Source of the DNA: an uncultured Chthonomonadaceae bacterium
GTDB taxonomy: Bacteria; Armatimonadota; Chthonomonadetes; Chthonomonadales; Chthonomonadaceae
Length of the DNA stretch: 64,000 nt
Assembly (NCBI GenBank): GCA_963835065.1
Contig: CAWIEK010000037.1
Location: 160,001-224,000 of the forward strand
Direction: 5' to 3'
The position numbers and the translations under genes were made by a program. Below are positions 38,546 to 48,997 of the stretch, one piece after another (position 1 is the first letter of the stretch; each line of letters begins with the position of its first letter). The notes under the pieces are model-generated. The model did no database searches. It was not told the DNA's origin and worked only from the letters and a program-made list of their open reading frames with translations.

Positions 38546-39937
38546 TTAATTATCGGAGTGCAAACGCGCGTGGGCAAGCTGCCACTGCTGCCGAACGGCG
38601 TCGGGAGCGGTTCCGCCCTGCGAACTGCGGACAGCGACGCTTGATTCTACCGTCAGTGCGGAAAGGGCGTTCTCGGTGTTGGCTTGCAGCAGGGGAGAGA
38701 AGCGGGAAAGCATGGGCGCGTCCAGTTGTTCCAGCGTGGTGTTGTTTGTAGTGCAGTAGCGTACCACTTCACCAACAACATCGTGCGCGTCCCGGAACGG
38801 CAAGCCCTGCCGTACCAGATAATCCGCTAAATCCGTTGCGGTGGAAAAATCGCCCTGCGTGGCCTGCCGCATCCGCTCGGCGCGGAATTTTGCCGTTTCC
38901 AATGTCTTCTGCATGGCGGGGATTACGAGGCGCAGGGTGTCAATGCCGTCAAACAACGGCTCTTTATCTTCCTGCATGTCCTTGTTGTAGGCGAGGGGCA
39001 GGCCCTTCATCAGCGTGAGCAGGGTTATCAGGTCGCCGTACACGCGCCCCGTTTTGCCCCGCGCCAGTTCCGCCACATCCGGGTTTTTCTTTTGCGGCAT
39101 GATGCTGCTGCCGGTTGTCACGGCATCATCCAGCGTGACAAAGCCGAACTCCGGGCTGTTCCACAAAATGATTTCTTCGGCCATGCGAGACAGGTGCATC
39201 ATCACAAGGGACGCGAAAGCCAGAAACTCAACCGCAAAATCACGGTCTGATACGGCATCGAGGCTGTTGGGGATAACCGTTTCAAAATCCAGCAGGTCGG
39301 CAGTTCGCTCCCGATTGATGGGGAAGCCCGTTCCCGCCAAGGCTCCTGCGCCGAGTGGACTGCGGTTGACGCGCCCCGTTAAATCGCCCAGGCGTTCGCG
39401 GTCCCGGTCCAGCATCCAGAAGTAGGCGAGCAGGTGGTGCGCGAGGACAATAGGCTGCGCGTGCTGCAAATGCGTATAACCGGGCAGTACCGTATCGAAA
39501 TGCCGGGAAGATAATTGCAGCAGGGTTTCCTGTAGATTGCGCAGTTCGGTTTCGATTTCCCCGCATTGGCCGCGCAAATACAGCCGTACATCGGTCGCTA
39601 CCTGATCGTTGCGGCTGCGGGCGGTGTGCAGTTTCCCCGCCACACTTCCAAGCCGTTCTCGCAGCAAGCCTTCCACAGCCGTATGCACGTCTTCGGCATC
39701 GGGCGGCAGTTCCACGCTCCCGCTTTCCAGATCGTCGCGCAGCAGTTTCAAGCCGGCCACGATCTGCGCGGCTTCTTCCGCTTCAATAATGCCGGTTTCG
39801 CCGAGCATCGTCGCGTGGGCGATACTGCCCTGAATGTCGTGCCGCCACAAACGGGCGTCAAAAATCAGTGAATTGTTCAGGCGTTCGATGAGTTCATCCG
39901 TCTTGCCTTCAAAACGCCCGCCCCATAGTTTTCGCAT
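38546..39937 (-). CDS. argH: Argininosuccinate lyase
   Basis: KLWGGRF, HTARSRNDQVATD, GYTHLQHAQP, GSSIMPQKKNPD, YNKDMQEDK. Confidence 0.97.
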   Translation of the reverse strand: MRKLWGGRFEGKTDELIERLNNSLIFDARLWRHDIQGSIAHATMLGETGIIEAEEAAQIVAGLKLLRDDLESGSVELPPDAEDVHTAVEGLLRERLGSVAGKLHTARSRNDQVATDVRLYLRGQCGEIETELRNLQETLLQLSSRHFDTVLPGYTHLQHAQPIVLAHHLLAYFWMLDRDRERLGDLTGRVNRSPLGAGALAGTGFPINRERTADLLDFETVIPNSLDAVSDRDFAVEFLAFASLVMMHLSRMAEEIILWNSPEFGFVTLDDAVTTGSSIMPQKKNPDVAELARGKTGRVYGDLITLLTLMKGLPLAYNKDMQEDKEPLFDGIDTLRLVIPAMQKTLETAKFRAERMRQATQGDFSTATDLADYLVRQGLPFRDAHDVVGEVVRYCTTNNTTLEQLDAPMLSRFSPLLQANTENALSALTVESSVAVRSSQGGTAPDAVRQQWQLAHARLHSDN

Positions 39938-40199
39938 CGCTTTCCTGCTTTCCTACTCTGCATGTTTTTATATTGGGTGTATCTGCGCGTTATTATACCG
40001 TATACGCAGGCGATACAAACACGCCCCCTGCCGCTTTTAAGCCGGGTGGACTGCCCAACAGAGTTTATGAAATATTTCCAACCTCCGGCGGAAAGCGCGG
40101 CAGTAAACCTCCGAGTTGACTCCGTGTTGTGAAAATCATGCCGGCTTTGATGCCTGTGAGGTAAAATGAAGATGTGCGCCGACCCCGAAAGGAGAACCT

Positions 40200-40841
40200 A
40201 TGCAAGCAACCATTGCGCCACCAGAAATTGCGCCGACGCCGCCTGTTCCGGTTTGGGAGACTGCCTCTAATCGTATTCCCATCACCGTCGCTATGTGTCA
40301 CTTGTTGGAGGAGGCCGGACTGCTGACCGGTCGCTATGAACTCATCAACGGGGAGATAATATCCAAAATGGGACAAAATGCGCCCCACAGACTCACCATT
40401 ATGCTAATCAACGTATGGCTGATTCATGTTTTTGGCGCTTTACATGTCGCCATTCAGAGTTCCATTGACATTGGGAACGTGGCAGACCGGGAGATCAACG
40501 CCCCTGAACCTGACATCGTGGTACAAACGCTTCCCGCGCCCGCCTTCGCGGTCAATCTGCCCCGACCCACCGACATTGTTTTGCTTGTGGAGGTTTCCGA
40601 CACAACCGCCCATTTCGATTTACACAACAAGGCCGCGCTTTACGCCCGCGCAGGCATTGCAGAGTATTGGGTAGCCGACATTGGGAAAAGGCGTATCGTA
40701 GCGCATCGTAACCCCACGCCGAACGGCTACGCGGATATCAGCGAATACTCGGAACAGGCGAGCATTGCCACCGCCGCGCATCCTTCTGTCAGCGCGCGCG
40801 TCGCCGACCTGCTCCCGCCGGCACAGCCACAGGCCGCGTAG
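40200..40841 (+). CDS. Uma2 family protein
   Basis: RYELINGEI, PEPDI, LLVEVSDTT, KAALYARAGIAEYWV. Confidence 0.9.
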   Translation: MQATIAPPEIAPTPPVPVWETASNRIPITVAMCHLLEEAGLLTGRYELINGEIISKMGQNAPHRLTIMLINVWLIHVFGALHVAIQSSIDIGNVADREINAPEPDIVVQTLPAPAFAVNLPRPTDIVLLVEVSDTTAHFDLHNKAALYARAGIAEYWVADIGKRRIVAHRNPTPNGYADISEYSEQASIATAAHPSVSARVADLLPPAQPQAA

Positions 40842-40875
40842 CCCGCATCATGCCCCCTGCAACCTGATCAAGAAC

Positions 40876-41003
40876 GCCCTCCGCCACGAACGGGAACTGT
40901 TCGTGGCGGAGGGCATTCGTAAAAGAATGTCAACAAAAGTTCGTTATTCCATAGTGAGCGTCCGAGCAGACTACCGCGAAGGAGTAGTTTGCGCGGATGC
41001 TCA
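40876..41003. terminator. Two tandem hairpins between convergent genes
   Basis: gccctccgccacgaac / gttcgtggcggagggc; tgagcgtccg..gcagactac / gtagtttgc..cggatgctca. Confidence 0.6.
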
Positions 41004-41017
41004 GGCGGCAGAAACCG

Positions 41018-43408
41018 TTACTGCGGCACGGCGATGTTAAGCCCGGAACTGAATGTTCCTCCGATGTAGGAGCCGCTCATCACGAAGGGCGTGGTTCCCG
41101 AGGGAATGGCGGACGCGCTCGTGAAGGTCAGCGTCACGCTCTGGCTGGCTCCCGGCATCAGGGTAAAGGCGGCGGGCAGGGAAGCGGCATACTGCGTTCG
41201 CAGCCGCGCGCTTGCTACTTTCACGTTGGGCGCGACCCCGTTGCCGGTGTCTTGCAGCGTGAACGTGACGCTAACCGTGTTGGCGCTGACGCGGGCGGCG
41301 CGGATGTTGGTGACGATTACGCGCGGCGCGAACTGTACTTCAAAGGCGCCGATGTCGCTGCCATCGCCACCGGGCGCGTTGGGAATACCGGGCAGAACCA
41401 CAGGACGGGTAAACCCGCGCTGATCGCCCCTGCCGCCATACAATCCATCCAGCAACGAGCCGATGAGATTCCTGCCTTTGTTGATGGCCGGGCTGTTGGA
41501 CGCCAGAGCGTGGGTGAGCGTTAGCCCGCCATTGTCCTGCAAAGGGCCGAGCAGGGGATTGGTGTTGAGAATGTCGTTAGCATCGGTGAGCATGCCGCCC
41601 CCGTCGTCATCGGCCAGATTATAGCCGTAATTCATGATTCCCGGATGTTCAAAAACGAGATTGCCGTTCGCGCTGCCGGCAAAAATGTTGTCGGTCACGA
41701 TCAGTTGACGACCGGGAGCGTCGTCGTAAAACCCGCCGCCCTGCGCGGCCGTGTTGCCGTAAAAGGTCGAGTTGCAAAGGAAGCTCTGCACAATTGCGGA
41801 GTTGTAGATAGCCCCGCCCTTTCCGGTGGCCTGATTGCCGCTGAACGTGCTGGCGTACGTTATAAGAGACTGCGCGGAAGAAATACGCAATCCGCCTCCA
41901 TTGGCGGCGAGGTTGGAATAAAGCGTACACCGCGACAGGATTGCGCCCTGACCGCCGACAAAGAGGCCGCCGCCATCTCCCTGCGTTTGATTAAGGGCAA
42001 GCGTGCTGTTGGTCAATTCAAGAACGCCGCTGCTGCTGATGCCGCCGCCATTGTCGGTGGCGAAACTGCCCACTACCGAACAGTTCGTCAGAAGCGCGCT
42101 TCCCGTATTGTTGATGCCGCCGCCCTCATGGAAGGCGAAACCGCCCGTAATCGCGCTGTTTGTCAGAATTGCGGCTCCGCTGTTGCTCAGGTCGCCGCCA
42201 TTGCCGTTGACGCCGTTGCCGAAAATCGTCAGGCCGGATGCGATAAGCAGGCCTGTGTTGAAAACGCCGCCGCCGTCCTGGTTGGCGAAATTGGCCCTCA
42301 CATCGCAATTGGAGTATGTGGAATTGGCGACATTACCGGTGCCGCGCACATTAAAGATGCCGCCGCCATTGACAGCGTTGTTGCCTTTGAAGGAACAATT
42401 GTTGATGGTCCCGGCAACATCGTCCTCGCTAAACAGGCCACCCCCGGCGGCGGCGCTGTTGTTCTGGAAACCGCAGCCGTCCATGTTGAGCGTCACGCTG
42501 GAATTGGGCGTGGCGGAGCAGGCAACGCCGCCCCCTCCTCCTATTTTGTTGGCGGCGCTGCCGACCACATTGCCGTTGAAAGCGCCGCTCGTAACCGTAA
42601 GCGTGATTTTGCCGTTATCCGATGCGCCAATGTGCGCGCCGCCGCCCAGTATCTGCGCGCTATTGTTGAGGAACTGACAGTCGGACAGCGTTACGCCGAC
42701 CACGCTGTTCATCCCTGCTAAGGCGGAAAAGCCGCCGCCAAAGTCTGTGCTGGTATTGTTGGTCAGCGTACAGTGGCTCAACGTCGCCGACGCGCCGGAG
42801 TTGGCCGCGCTGCTGCAAAAGACTCCTCCTCCGAATGAGGCGCTATTGCCGCTGAGCGTACAGTTGTTCATCGTTAAAGAGCCGAGGCTGCAGATGCCTC
42901 CCCCAAACTCGCTGCTGTTGCCGCTGAGCGTACAGTTGGTCAGCGTGAGCGCGCCGATGCTGAAGATGCCGCCGCCCACGCCGGTATTGCCTTGCGAGAG
43001 GCCGTTGCTGATCGTGACGCTCGTGATGCTTACGGTGGGGCCGCTTGTCGCCCCGCTGATAACGCTGAAAACCGTAAACGCAGGCGTGTTCGGGTCGGAA
43101 CTGCGCGCGACGGCCACGTTGAAGCCGGTTCCATCTATGGAAACAGCGTCGGTAATGTAGGGCAGGGCCGAGGTAAGCGTAATCACGCCACCCACATTAA
43201 AGGTGATGGTGTCGGCTCCGGCATGGGCGTTGGCTTGCGTGATCGCGTCGCGCAACGTGCCGCTGCCGGAGTCGTTTAGCGAGGTGACAGGATAGTTATC
43301 GGCGCGGGCGACCCGCCCTAAACAAAGCGCGGATAGAAGCAGCAGCCACAAACCGGCCAGTCGGCGCAGGCGTGGAATTAGAGCGCGAAACAGCGCGGAA
43401 GGGAACAT
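41018..43408 (-). CDS. Secreted beta-helix repeat protein with choice-of-anchor Q-like C-terminus
   Basis: Signal ..VARA; DSGSGTLRDAI; many GGG..N repeats; LGPLQDNGG.T.THAL..SPAIN.G, DQRG, DIGAFE. Confidence 0.85.
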   Translation of the reverse strand: MFPSALFRALIPRLRRLAGLWLLLLSALCLGRVARADNYPVTSLNDSGSGTLRDAITQANAHAGADTITFNVGGVITLTSALPYITDAVSIDGTGFNVAVARSSDPNTPAFTVFSVISGATSGPTVSITSVTISNGLSQGNTGVGGGIFSIGALTLTNCTLSGNSSEFGGGICSLGSLTMNNCTLSGNSASFGGGVFCSSAANSGASATLSHCTLTNNTSTDFGGGFSALAGMNSVVGVTLSDCQFLNNSAQILGGGAHIGASDNGKITLTVTSGAFNGNVVGSAANKIGGGGGVACSATPNSSVTLNMDGCGFQNNSAAAGGGLFSEDDVAGTINNCSFKGNNAVNGGGIFNVRGTGNVANSTYSNCDVRANFANQDGGGVFNTGLLIASGLTIFGNGVNGNGGDLSNSGAAILTNSAITGGFAFHEGGGINNTGSALLTNCSVVGSFATDNGGGISSSGVLELTNSTLALNQTQGDGGGLFVGGQGAILSRCTLYSNLAANGGGLRISSAQSLITYASTFSGNQATGKGGAIYNSAIVQSFLCNSTFYGNTAAQGGGFYDDAPGRQLIVTDNIFAGSANGNLVFEHPGIMNYGYNLADDDGGGMLTDANDILNTNPLLGPLQDNGGLTLTHALASNSPAINKGRNLIGSLLDGLYGGRGDQRGFTRPVVLPGIPNAPGGDGSDIGAFEVQFAPRVIVTNIRAARVSANTVSVTFTLQDTGNGVAPNVKVASARLRTQYAASLPAAFTLMPGASQSVTLTFTSASAIPSGTTPFVMSGSYIGGTFSSGLNIAVPQ

Positions 43409-43757
43409 GGTTGTGGGTCTCCTTGTTGCCGGGCAACAGATTGCTGCCTGCGAACATAGTGGGTTCAGAAGGTTTGTTTTGACAGGTGACGCTCGGAGAT
43501 CGAGGGCGGAAGGAACGGCGCGGATGCCCTTTCCGCCTTCCATTGCGGCGTTTCCCATCAACAATAATAACCCGGCAAAGAAGGAAATAAGCCTGTTTAC
43601 ACACAAGTTGCAAGTACGCTGTAAAAATGCAGAAACTCAGGGGCTTTCGTTCTAAAAACGCTCTGAATGCCGGATGTTGGCGGCAAAACCGTTTACGCGC
43701 AAGATGCAGTGTTCGGGGTGCGCAAGCGCCTGCTAAAAAGAGGGATTGACAGGAAAC

Positions 43758-45068
43758 ATGGCAGAAAGTCTCGCAGAGTTGTTGCGTGGTTTGCGCGGGG
43801 CGCGGGGGCTTTCGCTGGCGCAGTTGGCTGCGCGGTCACAAGTGTCGGAGCGTACGCTCAGTTATTGGGAGGCGGGAACCCGGCAGCCGCGCCTGCCGGA
43901 ACTGGAAATGGTGTTGGCCGCGCTGGAAACGCGGACGGCACAGCGAAACGAGGCGCTCACCCTTCTTTCCGGGCCGCGCGGCGCGCGGGAACTACGTTTG
44001 TCGCCGGAGCATATCCGCCATGAAAACGCTATCGGGATGCTGCCTTCGGGCGGCGATCTGCTGCGGGCGCTCAGGCATCGGCGGGGCCTGTATCTGGAGC
44101 AGGTCGCCGCGCAGATGGGCGTGTCGGGGGCAACCGTGAGCCGCTGGGAGCAGGGCAAAGTCGTGCCGCCTCCCGACCGCCTGGACGCGCTGCTGACGCT
44201 GCTGGGCGCGCGGCAGGGGGAGCGGGCTGCGCTGAAGGAGGGGTATCTGTTTCTTATGACTCCGCTGCGCGCTTATACGCAGGAGGTTTCTGATTTGCGG
44301 GAAAACTTTGAAGCGTTCATGCGCGCGCACTACGCCACTCCTGACGACAGGCTCGACGATTTAAGTTTTCTCTCCTTTGAGGCACAGGCGTGGACGCTGA
44401 CGGTCAGAGACTCAAGTGGACGGAACCTGCTGGCGGCGGTTTGCGCCAACTATGCGGCCTTTCTTGCCGCCTCCGGGCGGATGAAGGAGGCGGGGCAGTA
44501 TGCCTGGCGCGCGCTCGACCTTCTGGAAGCATCGTCCTCGTCGCAAGAAACCTTTACGAAAGAAACCGCGCTGCGCGGAGCCATCATCGCGGCGCAATCG
44601 GAGGTGTTTCAGGGAACGCGCCCCGCGCCCGAACGCGGGCTGAAAATACTGCAATCGTGGCGTTCCGTCGCCGTCGCGCCCATGTTTCAAGCCTGGATAC
44701 TTTCCAACATGGGCGGGTATCTCGCGCTGCAAGCCGATTGGGAGGCCGCCCTAATTTTGCAGCAAGAGGCGTGCCGCGTGGCGGAACGGGATTCAGACCC
44801 GGATCAACTGCGCTTTCGGCAAATGGATCTGGCGCGGGTGGAACTGAGCGCGGGACGGGCGGAGCGGGTGCTGTCTCTTGTCACCCTGTCGGCGCAGGAC
44901 TTTCCGAGCCGGCGCGCGCGTATTGAATTGCTGTTTGCCGAAGCGCTGCTGGTTCTGGAGGAACGCGCCAACGCGCACTTTTGGCTGGAGCGCGCCAATG
45001 CCGACATCCTTGCCAATGACCTCACATATTTGCAGTCCCGCTCCGATGCTCTGACCAAACGGCTTTGA
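43758..45068 (+). CDS. Tandem XRE-type HTH regulator with TPR-like C-terminus
   Basis: LRGLRGARGLSLAQLA..TLSYWEAG and LRALRHRRGL.LEQVA..TVSRWEQG. Confidence 0.85.
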   Translation: MAESLAELLRGLRGARGLSLAQLAARSQVSERTLSYWEAGTRQPRLPELEMVLAALETRTAQRNEALTLLSGPRGARELRLSPEHIRHENAIGMLPSGGDLLRALRHRRGLYLEQVAAQMGVSGATVSRWEQGKVVPPPDRLDALLTLLGARQGERAALKEGYLFLMTPLRAYTQEVSDLRENFEAFMRAHYATPDDRLDDLSFLSFEAQAWTLTVRDSSGRNLLAAVCANYAAFLAASGRMKEAGQYAWRALDLLEASSSSQETFTKETALRGAIIAAQSEVFQGTRPAPERGLKILQSWRSVAVAPMFQAWILSNMGGYLALQADWEAALILQQEACRVAERDSDPDQLRFRQMDLARVELSAGRAERVLSLVTLSAQDFPSRRARIELLFAEALLVLEERANAHFWLERANADILANDLTYLQSRSDALTKRL

Positions 45069-45119
45069 GCGCCTGTAAATCTAACCTTTCCCGAACCGGC
45101 GCAGGCAAAGAATGAAGGA

Positions 45120-45400
45120 TGAAAAAATGATATGTAGAGGCATCGTCGAAATCTTGGCAATACAGCGCTTCCAGCCCGATGTCTCGTTGTGTCAGGTTGT
45201 AGGAGTGAGGCGTCGTGGCCTCCGTAGCGTCAGGGCGGACGGGAGCGTGGGAACATCCTCATGCACCTCCCTTCCTGTATGGATAGCACCTGTGGGTATA
45301 ACGTCTTTATAGTAGACGTTTGTACTAATGTTTAGACGGAGACGTGGGGCAAAGGGTTCGCTTTTTCGCGTTGTTTTGATCTTTTTTTCTGTTTCTTTTT
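45120..45400 (-). ncRNA. Putative structured small RNA with short ORF, copy 2
   Basis: Inverted homolog of 21181..21430; identical core 45131-45195; MFPRSRPP*. Confidence 0.6.
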
Positions 45401-45411
45401 TGCGGGATTGG

Positions 45412-45511
45412 CACTAAGGGTCCGTAAATCTATAACTTCCCGAATGTCGGTAGGGGCGTTGCTTGCTGCGCCCAATACGGCGGGAAGTTATAGATTTACA
45501 GACCCTTAGTG
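45412..45511. mobile_element. MITE-like element with 31-bp terminal inverted repeats enclosing a REP-like palindrome
   Basis: cactaagggtccgtaaatctataacttcccg / cgggaagttatagatttacagacccttagtg (1 mismatch). Confidence 0.6.
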
Positions 45512-45527
45512 TAGAAGGACATTTGGT

Positions 45528-45911
45528 ATGACTATTACATTGAATTTACCCCCGGATATGGAAGGGCAAGTGCAGCAGGCAGCGCGGACGCAAGGCAAGG
45601 AGGTCGCCGTGTTCCTTCTCGACAGTATCCGTCAGCGTTTGCGCCATGACGTGCTGCCTGAATCGGAGGCGCGTCTGCTTCAGATAATCAATGCCCCCAT
45701 TGCTCCCGAAGCGCGGCAGGAACGCGATGCTTTGCTTGCGCTGCAACAACAACGGGAACTGACGGATGCCGAACAGGAAACCCTCACTCAACTTATAGAT
45801 GAGGTCGAACTCGCCAACGCGAAACGCTGGCAGTGCCTTGCCGAACTCGCCGAACGACGCGGGCTTTCGCTTGCCGAAATCACGCGGGAACTGGAAATAC
45901 CCCTTACCTGA
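45528..45911 (+). CDS. Antitoxin-like partner of HNH nuclease
   Basis: MTITLNLPPDMEGQVQQAAR; EARLLQIIN..LTDAEQETL..LAELAERRG. Confidence 0.7.
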   Translation: MTITLNLPPDMEGQVQQAARTQGKEVAVFLLDSIRQRLRHDVLPESEARLLQIINAPIAPEARQERDALLALQQQRELTDAEQETLTQLIDEVELANAKRWQCLAELAERRGLSLAEITRELEIPLT

Positions 45912-45916
45912 ACGCC

Positions 45917-46342
45917 ATGTCGCAAACCTACATTCCAGTTGCGCTTGAACGTCTTGTTACTGAGCGTTCAAGAGGACAGTGCGAATATTGCCGCTGTTTG
46001 ACCGAGTTCCATTCCGACCCATTTGCCGTAGAGCATATTATTCCTGAAGCGAGAGGCGGTTCTACAAACGAGGCTAATCTGGCCTTGTCATGTCTGGGAT
46101 GCAACAGTTTCAAAGGCGCGTTTCAGACCGGAATAGACCCGGTGACGGAAAGAGAAGTTCCTCTGTTTCATCCACGAGTGCAGCAATGGACACAGCATTT
46201 TGCATGGAACGGCGATACGACACAGGTTATCGGCATTACGGCGACAGGACGCGCAACCATTGCGCGATTGCGCCTGAACCTTCCGGGTCTGGTCAATCTC
46301 CGCGCTGCGCTTCATCGCTTCGGCGTTCACCCTCCAGGTTAG
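45917..46342 (+). CDS. HNH endonuclease
   Basis: CEYC, VEHIIP..GG...NLALSCLGCN, LFHPR.Q.W..HF. Confidence 0.9.
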   Translation: MSQTYIPVALERLVTERSRGQCEYCRCLTEFHSDPFAVEHIIPEARGGSTNEANLALSCLGCNSFKGAFQTGIDPVTEREVPLFHPRVQQWTQHFAWNGDTTQVIGITATGRATIARLRLNLPGLVNLRAALHRFGVHPPG

Positions 46343-46472
46343 GCTACCCCCGCCATACTTCACGCAGGAAATCTCATTTGAAGATTGCCATAACCGAAGC
46401 CGAGAGTCTCGGCTTTCCTCTGCTTAGTCAGGGTATAATTCCACACAGATCGCAGAAGGGAACCATCCGGCA

Positions 46473-46679
46473 ATGACAACCAAAACACTGGACACTATCA
46501 CCCGCGAAGAGTTTGACCGCCGGCTTGATGCGTACAACGAACGACGGCACAACGAATTACAGCGCATCGAAGCACAACAGGCGCAAGTTGGATCGGTGTT
46601 GGCCCATTATGAGCAAATGCTGGACGAAATTGAAGCTGGACTTGCGACTTCATACATGAACGACTGGATCAAATTATAG
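46473..46679 (+). CDS. Small coiled-coil hypothetical protein
   Basis: 68-aa ORF, GAAGGG RBS, TATAAT upstream. Confidence 0.45.
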   Translation: MTTKTLDTITREEFDRRLDAYNERRHNELQRIEAQQAQVGSVLAHYEQMLDEIEAGLATSYMNDWIKL

Positions 46680-46909
46680 CGCGAGTAGAACGCATTGAAG
46701 AACAAACGCGCTTCCGTTCTTCCTGAATAAAAGGAAGCCGTTAGCCACTGTAATCGCCCATTGCGCCCGCGTCCGCCTGCTTATGCGCCGCAGCCGCGCT
46801 GCCAGGCAGTTGTTATTCCATGCTGCCCGACAGCAGTACGCCTGTCGCGTCTTTCAGTTTGAAGTAGAGTTTGAACTGCATGCCGCGCGTCTTGACGATG
46901 CCTAACGTC

Positions 46910-48011
46910 TCAATATGCCGGCAGGGCCGTTTCCATCAATGTGCATAAATTGATTGGTGCAAGTGTTCCACTCTCGTCTTGCTGCGCGGCGCGTAACTGC
47001 TGAAGACCTTGCGTGAAGGGAACAAACGTATCGGTGGCGGGCGAGAAAACCATTTCATGTATTTTCAGGCGCGGCCCTAATGTGTCCGCAATCGACATGA
47101 GTTTCTCTACCGGCAAGCCTTCTGCGGGCAACTGAAGCGCAAGCGCGTACTGACGCTCCAGTCCCTCTGCTATAGCTTTATCGGCAGACAGACGCTGCAG
47201 TAAGTCTTCCGGCGAAACGAAGGTGTCATTTTCGACGGTGTAGACGAGTTTATCATTCACTATGTGTGGGTGAACCACTTCCAGCAGTTCATAAATTCCC
47301 CGCGCCAATAACAGAGGACGCCCATAACGCCGCATGTACCATTCCACCCAGGGCTTCGCTTGCTCGCCCAACTGTTGGCCTGTTATCTGGGGCAGCAACG
47401 TCCGGGCGGGCCGATATACGCGCACACGCTGGCTCGCCAGCATGGGGATCAGCGCGGCAGTCAGGGAACCGTCCTTATCGGAAATGTGATGCTGCGCGGC
47501 CAAGGCTTCCACGACCAGCGCAGCCTTCTGCTGACAATTCCACACGGGCGTTTGCAGCGCGTGTATCAGCGGACGAAGGGGAACAGCAGCGTGGGGGTTC
47601 TGCTGCGCCAGGCGTCCCAATGCCAGGCAGGTATTGTTCGCCAGGTGAACCGGATCGCGCTCCAACGCCTGCGAAAGCGCCCGAATTGCGCGTTTTGCAT
47701 CCGGCGCGTAACTCAGAATGTAGGCCGCCGCGTCCTGCTGCTCCGATGTGCCTTTGCTTAACATTTGTTCCAGCAGCGCCTGCTGTTGCTGCGCCTGCTG
47801 TACGAGACGCTCCTCCGCCGCTTTCATACCTCCGCCGATTTCCCCGCAGAGGCAACGTTACCCAACAACCGTCTTTCATCCATTCCTGATAAAGCTGCAT
47901 TACCTGCTGTACGCCAGCCGCGTTCGCTGTCTGCGCGGCAGTCTCGGCTCTTTGCGCCCTCACAGGACACGCCCTCAAAAGCAGCAAACAGCAAAAAATC
48001 CACGTTCGCAC
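46910..48011 (-). CDS. Secreted HEAT-repeat-like protein (frameshift near 47840)
   Basis: Signal MRTWIFCCLLLLRACPVRA in ORF 47475..48011 continuing into 46910..47827 (AIRALSQALE, LRPLIHAL, ALIPML). Confidence 0.55.
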
Positions 48012-48052
48012 CGTATTCTCCTTTAGAATTTTACACTAACAATTATAAATTT

Positions 48053-48991
48053 TTAGGTACGCGGTCCCAAAAAGCGGTCGCCATTGAAATGTATCATGTG
48101 ATCCGGCATATCCGAGAGCCAAACTTCCGTGTCCCATGCAATGTCCGTAAGATGTTTGCGGAACGTAGCGAAATCCGGGAATGCGCTGACATAGATGCGT
48201 CCAGAGGTGCAGGACGCAAGCAGTATTTCCAGTTCCACGATCCGCTTGGGTGAGATAGGACCGTGTGATGTTACCGCTTCCACCAAAAACAGCCAGTTGC
48301 GGGCTTCATCGTGCATAACAACGTCAGGCAATTTGCTGTGTTCTGTCACAGGCACACCAAGCGTCAGCAATCTTTGTGTGTCAACAACCAGCATCTTTTG
48401 CGCGGTATCACCCAAATACAACACATGAGCATCAGGAGCAAATCGGGAAGCGAACTCCTCTACAATCGCCGCTTGAAGTTCGTTGTGCTTTCCCGGCGAC
48501 AAGTCAAATTGTGTGCCATCCGGTAAACGCGCCGGTACGCGATTGAACTGCCGCGCAGTTTCGTATAGGGTTGTTAAAGTCGGCTGTTGTCGGACAAATT
48601 CTTCAACAGCGCCTTGCCATTGTTCCGTGCCATAAGTCTGTATGGCTGTCAACGCTTCTTTAGCGATTGCATAGTGAGCATGAGGGCTGTTTGTCGCCAG
48701 TGCGGGATTGTCCGGGTTGTAGTCAGCAATACGCGCCTGCACAAACTGATGCAGAACCTGACGGCGAAATGTTTCTCGCGTATTGGGCGCGTAATCCTTC
48801 TGATAATGTTGCCGAACAAAAGCCATAATGCCTTTTGTAATCGTCACACTCTCGCGGCGTGACTCTTCCCACCTCTCCTCCGGCAGCAAGCGGCAAAGCG
48901 CAAGCAGTACACAGGCAGCCATTTCCGTTTGCTGCGCCTTCGGCAACCCCAAATCTTTCAATGCCTCTTGCGCTTCTTCAATGCTCGGCAT
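48053..48991 (-). CDS. BsuBI/PstI family type II restriction endonuclease
   Basis: YAPNTRETFRRQVLHQF, LSPGKHNEL, YLGDT, KLPDVV, LVEAVTSHGP, IAWDTEVW, HMIHFNG. Confidence 0.92.
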   Translation of the reverse strand: MPSIEEAQEALKDLGLPKAQQTEMAACVLLALCRLLPEERWEESRRESVTITKGIMAFVRQHYQKDYAPNTRETFRRQVLHQFVQARIADYNPDNPALATNSPHAHYAIAKEALTAIQTYGTEQWQGAVEEFVRQQPTLTTLYETARQFNRVPARLPDGTQFDLSPGKHNELQAAIVEEFASRFAPDAHVLYLGDTAQKMLVVDTQRLLTLGVPVTEHSKLPDVVMHDEARNWLFLVEAVTSHGPISPKRIVELEILLASCTSGRIYVSAFPDFATFRKHLTDIAWDTEVWLSDMPDHMIHFNGDRFLGPRT

Positions 48992-48997
48992 GTGTCT

